Source: an uncultured delta proteobacterium (GTDB taxonomy: Bacteria > Myxococcota > B64-G9). Taken from it: 64,000 nucleotides of DNA. Shown piece after piece: positions 21,165-29,361 of this stretch; within the stretch, counting starts at the first letter, position 1; every line of letters begins with the position of its first letter. A program made the position numbers and the translations under genes. The notes under the pieces are model-generated. The model worked only from the letters and a program-made list of their open reading frames with translations. It made no database searches and was not told the origin of the DNA. The stretch spans positions 192,001 to 256,000 of the forward strand of contig CAVWHX010000001.1 in assembly GCA_963754925.1 (NCBI GenBank), given 5' to 3'.

Positions 21165-21773
21165 TTAATTCCCTACGGTGGTCGGGGGTGATCGGGGTTC
21201 TTCAACGAGCGTTCGGGCGCGTTCGATTAACCCAGCCAGGTCTCTGAGTGGTTGGGCGTACTGAATTACAAATCGTTTGGTAAGCCGCGTTTGAAGGGAA
21301 TGCAACGTATCCAAACGGTTGTATATCTCGGCTAAAATTCCCATGGTTGGATCCCGTTCGTATTCAAACTCAGTCAACCGGCAGAAACTACCCAACGTCT
21401 CATATTTTTTACGCCATTCCACGGACCAGGCATTCCAACTTGCAAGAACAATGTCTCGGGCCTGGCCGCTGGTATACGCCAAACGAACATGGTCGTTTAA
21501 TTCGTTGTGAAGACTCTCAAGCGCCAAAAAGCAGTCTCGCTTCTGGATCAAACTGATTTCGGACAGCGATTTCGGCCCTTCCAACGCGGCGTTGATGTCC
21601 GGATAACGGTCATAGATGTTGGTGGCAATCCCCACGAAAATACATACCGCAACAAAGACCATCACTGCGATGAAAGCAAGATACACGGTCCATCGGAACT
21701 TCCGTAGGAACGTCCATTTTTCCCTCGGTTTAATGAATTTCTTGAGTTTGCTCACGAGGTGGCAAGCTATCAA
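21165..21773 (-). CDS. Hypothetical membrane protein
   Basis: A 202-aa ORF with one N-terminal TM segment. Confidence 0.6.
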   Translation of the reverse strand: MIACHLVSKLKKFIKPREKWTFLRKFRWTVYLAFIAVMVFVAVCIFVGIATNIYDRYPDINAALEGPKSLSEISLIQKRDCFLALESLHNELNDHVRLAYTSGQARDIVLASWNAWSVEWRKKYETLGSFCRLTEFEYERDPTMGILAEIYNRLDTLHSLQTRLTKRFVIQYAQPLRDLAGLIERARTLVEEPRSPPTTVGN

Positions 21774-21995
21774 AGACTTTCCCTGAATGTCAACGAGTAC
21801 GCTTTGGTCTGCACATTCTGCCCTCTCACCAGCGATATATGATTCAGTGTAACTAGTCTATTGTGCGATAAAATAAGCTAACTGATTCACGAGTCAATCT
21901 ATCGCTTGACAAAGAGGTGCTCGCCGCGCTAATAATTCATTGGTGCTGGGGAATTTCCCCGGCCAACACGGTTGTTTTAGACGGGAGAAAGCACC

Positions 21996-22292
21996 ATGGG
22001 CACGCGAGCACACGTACTGGTTAAGGTTGTAGAAAGTCTTGATCGAGAAGGTATTATTCAATTGGTTCAGGGTATCGAGGAGCTTGATGAGGTGATGTTT
22101 GTCGAGCCGGTGACTGGCGCGTTTGACTTGATTGTCAGCGTCGAAGCCAGGTCATCAGTCGAGGAGGTCGTGGAAAAGATTAAACCGCTTGCGGGCATCG
22201 CAACGGTTGAGGCACTTAAAGTCAATCCAATTTTTCCGCGCGAAAGGATGAGAAAAAACATCTCAAAACTACCTCTCAAGGCACGGGGCTAG
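21996..22292 (+). CDS. Stand-alone Lrp/AsnC ligand-binding (RAM) domain protein
   Basis: AHVLVKV...VTGAFDLIVSVEA pattern with no HTH. A TTGACA-type promoter lies near 21906. Confidence 0.75.
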   Translation: MGTRAHVLVKVVESLDREGIIQLVQGIEELDEVMFVEPVTGAFDLIVSVEARSSVEEVVEKIKPLAGIATVEALKVNPIFPRERMRKNISKLPLKARG

Positions 22293-22448
22293 AGGTTGTT
22301 GCCGAGCGAAGCAAGGCAAGGCTTACAAGCTCTTGTCCTGTGGACTAGAGATTGTTACCAAGCAAAGCGAAGTTCACCATCTCTTGTCTCACGGGCTAGA
22401 GGTTGTTGCCGAGTGAAGCAAGGCCCACCATCGATTGTTCTATTAGAG
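22290..22448 (+). repeat. TAGAG double-hairpin REP-like element, copy C (three degenerate tandem units)
   Basis: TAGAG at 22290, 22346, 22397 and 22444, with GTTGCCGAGCGAAGCAAGGC-like cores. It starts on the Lrp stop codon. Confidence 0.8.
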
Positions 22449-22458
22449 GAGCACGCGT

Positions 22459-22973
22459 ATGACAACTTGCACCGCACCAGAAAATGAGCACATAGACGTA
22501 TCGGTTATCGATCGAGTAGTAACCCGCTATGGAAAAGGCGCTGGTTCGCTGATTCCCGTTCTCCAGAAGACCCAGGACGAACTTGGGTACCTGCCACGGC
22601 AAGCGCTCATGCGCATTGCCATGATGTTACGCGTCCCTGCGAGCACGGTGTTTGGGGTTGTGACCTTCTACGCCCAATTCAGGCTGAAACCGGTTGGCAA
22701 GTACATCATCCGGGTATGCCACGGCACTGCCTGCCATGTGGCAGGAGCCCAAAAGATCACCGAGGCCTTCGAGCGCGATCTTTGTGTCAAGGACAACCAG
22801 ACCACGGCCGATAGGCTGTTCACCCTTGAATCGGTGGCCTGTTTGGGGTGCTGCAGCCTCGCGCCGGTAGCTATGGTTCAGAAGAGACCTACGGAAGGCT
22901 TACGGGCGACCGGGTCGGCAAGATTGTGGCTGAGTACCGTTCGAAGGAGCAACCCGCGGGACGGGTCGCGTAG
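22459..22973 (+). CDS. NuoE/HydC-like [2Fe-2S] subunit (BfuC; frameshift near 22880)
   Basis: GVVTFYAQF, VCHGTACHV and ACLGCCSLAP motifs. The corrected end is EETYGRLT...GRVA*. Confidence 0.9.
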
Positions 22974-23068
22974 TACGCAGCGTCATCCGGGTCCTCACGA
23001 TACTGTCTGTGTAGGATGGTGAGGGCTACTTTCTGACAACAACGAGACTACACCAAAAGGAATGCCGT

Positions 23069-24858
23069 ATGCACACCGAACATCAAAAAACACAAGTCCT
23101 TGTGGGATTGGGAGCATGTGGTATCGCCGCCGGGGCTCATAAAACGCTCGATTCCTTGGAACAGGGCATCGCCGCTCGGGGTCTCGACGTCGAGCTCGGC
23201 ATCGTGGGTTGCATGGGAATGTGTTATCGCGAGCCGTTGGTCGAAATCCGCAGTCCCGGTCAGCCCCGTGCGATTTACATGGAAATCTCCGCCGAGCGGG
23301 TCGCTCGCCTGTTGGACGAAGGCGTGCGAGAGGGGAAGATTATCCAGGAATGGCTCGCCCACGGCGAGGGGTTGGTCGGCAACGAAGACGCCTTTTTAGC
23401 TAAGCAGCATAGGATCGTCTTACGCAACTGCGGGGTAATCAACCCCGAAAACATCGATGACTACCTCGCGGCCGGGGGATATCAAGCCATCGAGAAAGTG
23501 TTGCGCTCGATGTCTCCGGCGCAGGTGGTGGACGAGGTTAAAGAGAGCGGGTTACGCGGCCGGGGCGGGGCAGGTTTTTCAACCGGGACCAAGTGGTCGT
23601 TTTGCGCTTCCAGTCCCGGCGACGTCAAATACATCATTTGCAACGCCGATGAGGGTGACCCCGGGGCGTTTATGGATCGTTCGGTGCTCGAGAGCGATCC
23701 CCACGCGGTGCTCGAAGGGATGATCATTGCGGGCTACGCCATTGGCGCGCACGACGGTTACATCTATTGCCGGGCGGAGTACCCGATAGCCATCCACCGG
23801 CTTACCATTGCCCTCGCGCAAGCCGAAAAGCGCGGATTCCTCGGCGACCGGATACTGGGCACGGACTTTGCGTTTCATATCAAAATCAAGGAAGGCGCCG
23901 GTGCCTTTGTCTGTGGCGAGGAAACGGCGTTGATGGCGTCGATCGAGGGTCAACGCGGCATGCCGCGGCTGCGGCCGCCGTTCCCGGCGGTATCCGGCCT
24001 GTGGAAGAAGCCGACCAACATCAACAACGTCGAAACCTTCGCCAATGTGCCCTGGATCATCAATAACGGCGGGCAGGCCTTCGCCGCGCTCGGCACCGAG
24101 AAAAGCAAGGGCACGAAAGTCTTCGCCTTGGCCGGCAAGGTCAACCGGGGCGGATTGGTTGAGGTGCCGATGGGCACGACCTTGCGCCAGATGGTCTTGG
24201 AGATGGGCGGGGGCATCGTGGGCGGTAAGAAGCTCAAAGCCGTGCAGATGGGCGGCCCATCGGGCGGCTGCATTCCCGCGCGGTCCCTGGCCGACACGCC
24301 CATGGACTACGACTCGCTAACAAACCGGCGCGATCATGGGCTCGGGCGGCATGGTGGTCATCGACGAGACCACCTGCATGGTGGATGTGGCCAGATTCTT
24401 TCTGGAGTTCACCCAGAAGGAATCGTGCGGCAAATGCACGTTTTGCCGGATCGGCACCAAGCGCATGCTTGAAATACTCGACGCGTATTACCCAGGGAAA
24501 GGGGCGCGACGGTGATATGCAGCTCTTGACTGAGCTGGCCGAGACCATCAAGCGCAGCTCGCTCTGCGGCCTCGGGCAAACCGCGCCCAACCCGGTGCTC
24601 ACGACGATTCGCTACTTCCGGGACGAGTACGAGGCGCATATCAAGGAAAAGCGCTGCCCGGCCATGGCGTGTCGCGCCTTGATTGTCTATCGGGTGATTC
24701 CTGAGAAATGCCCCGGCTGCCAGGTTTGTTTGAAGGTGTGCCCGGCACAGGCGATCACTGGCGGCAAAAAGATCGTGCATGTTATCGATCCGGAGAAATG
24801 CACCCGATGTGGCCTATGCATGGAAAAATGCCGGCTTGGCGCCATCGAAGTGGTTTAG
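23069..24858 (+). CDS. NuoF/HydB-like FMN/NADH subunit (BfuB; frameshifts at about 24280-24480)
   Basis: N-terminal thioredoxin-like Cys domain, [45 protein letters not shown] and two C-terminal [4Fe-4S] motifs. Confidence 0.92.
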
Positions 24859-24910
24859 AGCCCGTTACGACCGAAGGGAGTTACGGGCTCTTCCCCGTAG
24901 GGGGTTAGAG
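24856..24910 (+). repeat. TAGAG double-hairpin REP-like element, copy D
   Basis: AGAGCCCGT-T-AC-GA-CC-GAA-GG-GA-GT-T-ACGGGCTCT, then CCCC-GTA-GGGG and TTAGAG. It starts on the BfuB stop codon. Confidence 0.9.
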
Positions 24911-24937
24911 AATGTCAAATATGAGGAGGCAACACCA

Positions 24938-27900
24938 ATGACTGAACAACTAAAACTAGTGCTTGATGGAGAAGAGGTGGCGGCAGCGACGGATGAGACC
25001 ATTCTGACGGTGGCCCGACGCATGGGCAAGCACATTCCGACCTTATGCCATGATCCGCGGTTGGAGCCGTTTGCCTCGTGTTATTTGTGTCTGGTGGAGT
25101 TGGAGGGAAGACCCGGTTTCGTGCCCTCGTGCTCAACCAAAGTTACCGCCGGCATGAAGGTCAAAACCGACTCAGAGCAAATCCAGAAGGCCCGTAAGCT
25201 GTGCCTGGAGTTGCTCATGTCCGCCCACAACGCCGACTGCGTGGCTCCCTGCCGCCTCCAGTGTCCGGACAACATTGATGTCCAAAGCTACGTCGCCGCT
25301 ATTGCCATTGGCGAATTTGATGAAGCGCTGCGGATTATCAAGCGCACGAACCCGTTTCCATCGGTTTGTGGGCGGGTATGTCCCCACACCTGCGAGCTCC
25401 AGTGCCGGCGCAACAAGGTCGACGAGCCGGTAGCGGTAAATCCCTTGAAGCGTTTTGTCGCGGACCTCGATGCTGCGTCCGAGAAACCATACCTGCCGCC
25501 GGTTGCGCCCGAGACCGGCAAGCGGGTCGCCATAGTCGGAGCTGGTCCGGCAGGATTAACCGCTGCCTACTACCTACGCCAGAAAGGCCATACCGTCACG
25601 GTTTTTGAAATGAACGACCAGGCGGGCGGCATGCTGCGCTACGGCATACCGCGCTACCGTTTGCCGGACACGGCGCTGGATGCGGAAATAGGCAATATCT
25701 TGGCGCTGGGGATTACCCTCAACTGCAACAAAACACTTGGTAAAGATTTCACCCTGGCGAGTTTGAAACGCGACGGTTACGATGCTGCGTTCCTGACGGT
25801 CGGAGCCTGGGTTTCTTCGAAAATGGATGTTGCCGGGGAACATCTGCCGGGGGTTCTGGCCGGTATTCACTTTCTGTACGATGTCGCGACCGGCAAGAGA
25901 CCCGACCTCGGCAAACGCGTGGTGGTCGTCGGCGGCGGGAACACGGCGATCGATGCCGCCCGCACCTCAATGCGGTTGGGCGCCGACGTGACCATCCTGT
26001 ATCGGCGCACCCGCAAAGAAATGCCGGCCGAAGCGTTCGAGGTGGACGAAGCCGAGCGCGAGGGCGTCACGATGCATTTCTTGGCTGCGCCGGTGAAACT
26101 CATCGAGAGCAAGGGTCGGGTAAGCGCCATCCAATCTCTGCGGATGGAACTCGGCGAGCCGGACGCCTCGGGTCGCCGCCGACCGGTGCCTATCCCCGGA
26201 AGCGAGTTCGAGGTGCCGGCGGACACCGTTATCGCCGCCATCGGCCAGAGACCCAATGCAGCGGTGTGGAACGAACCGGATGGCCCTCTCGCCACGAAAT
26301 GGGCTACGGTCGCTGCCGACGAGACCACGTATCAGACCGAGCGCCCGTGGATTTTTACGGCCGGCGATTGTCTGACCGGGGCATCGACGGCCATTGAAGC
26401 CATCGCCGGCGGGCGTAAAGCGGCTATCTCGATCGATCGGTTTCTCAAAGGATTACAGCCGTTGCCGATCGGCAAGCCGTTTTCCGATTCGATCGGTCGG
26501 CTTGAAGATCTGGACGAAGACCTGTTTGCCAATGTTCCAAAAGTGCCGCGCTCAAAAATGATGCATCTGCCTTTTGATCAGCGCCGGGAAAATTTTCAAG
26601 AGGTCGAGTTCGGCATCGCCCGGGACGCCGTTGTGGCCGAAGCCAACCGCTGCCTTGAGTGCGGCTGTCAAGGGGCGGAGGTATGCAGCTTGCGCGAGGT
26701 AAGCGACGGGTTCGGGGTACGGCTGGATCGGTTTAAGAGCAGCCGTTTTGTCCACCCGGTGCGTGACGATCACCCATTCATCAGATTCGATCAGAACAAA
26801 TGTATTTTGTGCGGTCGGTGCGTACGGATTTGCCTTGAGCAACAAGGTCTTGGGGCGTTGGGCTTTGTTAACCGCGGATTTGACACGGTGATACAGCCAA
26901 GCCTTTCACAGCCATTGCTTCAGACCGATTGCGATGCCTGCGGCCAATGTGTTTCTTCATGCCCGACCGGGGCGTTTGCGGTAAAACGTTTCTTATCAAA
27001 GCCAGGCCCATTTTTTGCGGACTGCACCTCGGTGGTGTGTGGTTTCTGCGGGGTCGGTTGCAGCTTGGAGATCGAATCCATGCGCGGGCGCTATCTGCGC
27101 GCTAAAACCGACCCGGGTCATGGGCATAACCGCGGTAATCTGTGTGTGGATGGCAGTTTCGGCCATCGCTATCTGGAAACATTGCCGCGATTGCTTGCTC
27201 CCCGCCGGGGACGGGGCAAAAAGAGTCGGACGGTTGCGTGGGAAGAAGCGCTCGCCGCGGCGGCTGCGGGACTGAAGGAAGCTGCGGCAAAAGGGTTGGC
27301 GGTGATAGTCAACGGACCGCTGACCAATGAAGCTGCTTACCTTCTCCAGCGCCTGGCGCGAGTAGGCCTGCATACCAACCACCTGTTCTCGCTTGATGGG
27401 CCGTTGGATGCGGCTGCCTTTGAGCAGGCGGTTCGCGATCACGCCCAAGCGCTGACACTCGACGATCTGAGAAGCGCTAATCTCCTTTGGGTGGTGGGCG
27501 CCGATCCCTTTGAATATGCGCCGGTGGTGGGAATCGAGCTGTACGTTGCAATGCAGGCGGGGACGCGGTTGGTGATGTTGGGCTCCCGGCCGAGCCGGCT
27601 CGATGAAAAAGCAGCGAGGGTCGTGCGCATACCAGACGATCGATTACCAAAGTTTTTAGCATCGCTTGAGCGGTACGCCGACTCGGGCGCCGTGAAGGAT
27701 TTGAATCCGGCGGCAGGTCTCGCAGCAATACAGAATCGTCACCTGGCTGAACTGGTCGCTCAGCTCAAACAAGCAAGCCTGCCCGTGGTCGTGCTTCCTG
27801 ATTCATTGGAGCCGAATACCGTACTTTCGTTAATGAAATTGCTGTCTCGTCTCAACAAGAATAATCGCACCCTGGTGCTGCGTCGTGGTGGCAACGCCCA

Positions 27901-28423
27901 GGGACGGCTCGACATGGGAATCCACCCGGTTTTATTGCCCGGTCAGAGTGATATACGCCACATTGTTGCCAGAGAGCGTTTTGAGAAGGTCTGGGGCCAA
28001 AGCCTGCCGGTCAGCCCGGGGTTATCGGGCAACGAACTACTTAAGGCTCTCAAAAAAGACGTCATGGGCGGCGCGTTGCTGATTAACACCGATCCGTATG
28101 GATGGCCTCTGCCAGGCAACAGCTTGCATAGAAAGCTCTTCGTGGTGGCCGCTGACCTAGCGCCTGGCGCACTTGCCGAGAGCGCCGATGTCCTGTTGCC
28201 GTCCGCTGGGTTGGCCGAAGAGTCGGGGACCGTATGTACTCACGATCACCGGCTCCTGAGAACGAGGGCGGTACGACCACCGGTGGGTGGCAAAACTATG
28301 TTTGAGCTGGTGCGAGACCTCTCTGCCGCCCTGGATCAAAAACCTCAGGTGAGCGATCCCGCCGCGTGCTGGACTGAGCTGGGATATATTGATAAGCGCT
28401 TCGATGTGCAAAAAGCTTCTTAG
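24938..28423 (+). CDS. BfuA/NfnA-like subunit: [2Fe-2S] + GltD-like FAD/NADPH domain + ferredoxin + degenerate molybdopterin-oxidoreductase domain
   Basis: IPTLCH..CYLC..C, CGRVCPHTCE, GAGPAG, GGGNTAID, YRRT, CILCGRCVRIC, CDACGQCVSSCP and CGFCGVGC..LC motifs, with a GAGGAGG RBS. Confidence 0.88.
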   Translation: MTEQLKLVLDGEEVAAATDETILTVARRMGKHIPTLCHDPRLEPFASCYLCLVELEGRPGFVPSCSTKVTAGMKVKTDSEQIQKARKLCLELLMSAHNADCVAPCRLQCPDNIDVQSYVAAIAIGEFDEALRIIKRTNPFPSVCGRVCPHTCELQCRRNKVDEPVAVNPLKRFVADLDAASEKPYLPPVAPETGKRVAIVGAGPAGLTAAYYLRQKGHTVTVFEMNDQAGGMLRYGIPRYRLPDTALDAEIGNILALGITLNCNKTLGKDFTLASLKRDGYDAAFLTVGAWVSSKMDVAGEHLPGVLAGIHFLYDVATGKRPDLGKRVVVVGGGNTAIDAARTSMRLGADVTILYRRTRKEMPAEAFEVDEAEREGVTMHFLAAPVKLIESKGRVSAIQSLRMELGEPDASGRRRPVPIPGSEFEVPADTVIAAIGQRPNAAVWNEPDGPLATKWATVAADETTYQTERPWIFTAGDCLTGASTAIEAIAGGRKAAISIDRFLKGLQPLPIGKPFSDSIGRLEDLDEDLFANVPKVPRSKMMHLPFDQRRENFQEVEFGIARDAVVAEANRCLECGCQGAEVCSLREVSDGFGVRLDRFKSSRFVHPVRDDHPFIRFDQNKCILCGRCVRICLEQQGLGALGFVNRGFDTVIQPSLSQPLLQTDCDACGQCVSSCPTGAFAVKRFLSKPGPFFADCTSVVCGFCGVGCSLEIESMRGRYLRAKTDPGHGHNRGNLCVDGSFGHRYLETLPRLLAPRRGRGKKSRTVAWEEALAAAAAGLKEAAAKGLAVIVNGPLTNEAAYLLQRLARVGLHTNHLFSLDGPLDAAAFEQAVRDHAQALTLDDLRSANLLWVVGADPFEYAPVVGIELYVAMQAGTRLVMLGSRPSRLDEKAARVVRIPDDRLPKFLASLERYADSGAVKDLNPAAGLAAIQNRHLAELVAQLKQASLPVVVLPDSLEPNTVLSLMKLLSRLNKNNRTLVLRRGGNAQGRLDMGIHPVLLPGQSDIRHIVARERFEKVWGQSLPVSPGLSGNELLKALKKDVMGGALLINTDPYGWPLPGNSLHRKLFVVAADLAPGALAESADVLLPSAGLAEESGTVCTHDHRLLRTRAVRPPVGGKTMFELVRDLSAALDQKPQVSDPAACWTELGYIDKRFDVQKAS

Positions 28424-28445
28424 CGGAGGCGGAGCATTTCTCGCG

Positions 28446-28766
28446 TTACTTCTTGAAAAGAGCCTCAAGCTTGCTCTTGGCTGATACGACGTCCTCGGTT
28501 GCTCCCAGAGGACCGCTTCGTATTTCAAACGAGGCGCAAAAGTTTGCTTTCTCCCGATCGGGAACATACTCGGTCATGTTTTCGCGGCATTGATTGTGCG
28601 CGCTGGGGTCCCAAAAGCGGCAATTCTTGCAGCAGCGTAGGTCCATATCACAACTGGGGCAGGTGTCCTCACGGACCACCTTGTCGAAAAGTACTATTTC
28701 GTCTCCGCATTTCCAACAGAACAATGTTTTTTTTGTCGTTGTCACGGGTTTCTCCCTAACGCCCAA
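28446..28766 (-). CDS. Small Cys-rich (zinc-finger-like) conserved protein
   Basis: CWKCG, CPSC, CCKNC, HNQC and NFC motifs. Confidence 0.75.
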   Translation of the reverse strand: MGVREKPVTTTKKTLFCWKCGDEIVLFDKVVREDTCPSCDMDLRCCKNCRFWDPSAHNQCRENMTEYVPDREKANFCASFEIRSGPLGATEDVVSAKSKLEALFKK

Positions 28767-28910
28767 CCATACGAATGGATGCTATCGCATGTTTTGTGAT
28801 CAAGTGCAAGTTCACCCTACGGGCAGGGGCGCGGTTCAGTATCGGGTGGGGGAGATCGTGCTGTTGACCTTGAGTTGGTCGAACGGCGACTGTCCAGCAT
28901 CGCTCGGAAC

Positions 28911-28940
28911 TTGACTTGGGAGACACGGAATAGGTACATT
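28911..28940 (+). promoter_or_regulatory. Sigma70-like promoter for the small protein-aglZ operon
   Basis: TTGACT-N18-TACATT. Confidence 0.45.
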
Positions 28941-29065
28941 AACGCAAGGAATAAGTATCGAAATGTTCTGTTTCCAAAGAGTTGCGAGATCAGAAGGTAC
29001 TCCATCGACCGCGTCGTGGCTCGATGAGAAGGCCCGCCGTTAGGTATACGGGGGAGGTTTTGGAT

Positions 29066-29260
29066 ATGCGGCAATTTAATGGGGTAAAAGTGTTTTCCGC
29101 CACTCTCGCACGAAACCGAGAGGAGTTAGGGGACACGGTTTCAGAGTGGCTTAAAGAACATCCGCGCTGTCAGATCGCCGATATGCGCGTTGTTCAATCC
29201 AGTGATCGCGAGTTTCACTGTATCTCACTGGTATTGTTCTATAACGAACCCGGCACCTGA
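29066..29260 (+). CDS. Small conserved protein (64 aa), Cse60/DUF2758-like pattern
   Basis: Strong GGAGG RBS and the sequence VKVFSAT...QSSDREFHCISLVLFY. Confidence 0.7.
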   Translation: MRQFNGVKVFSATLARNREELGDTVSEWLKEHPRCQIADMRVVQSSDREFHCISLVLFYNEPGT

Positions 29261-29361
29261 GACAGCCTCCGTGGTTCTTTGGTCCTTCGGAGGGCCATCT
29301 TTAATGGGCGACAGGTGAGCCTTCGACGTGGTTGAGTGCAGGGAAAGGGCCGGTTGGAGCG

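Noticed and set aside
22290..22448. Degenerate CRISPR array or coding ORF 22296..22487
   Set aside because: The units are divergent with no unique 30-40 bp spacers, and the ORF is a by-product of the repeats.
22459..28423. Respiratory complex I, selenocysteine formate dehydrogenase, or [FeFe]-hydrogenase
   Set aside because: There are no membrane nuo genes, no in-frame TGA or Cys-His Mo ligand, and no H-cluster motifs.
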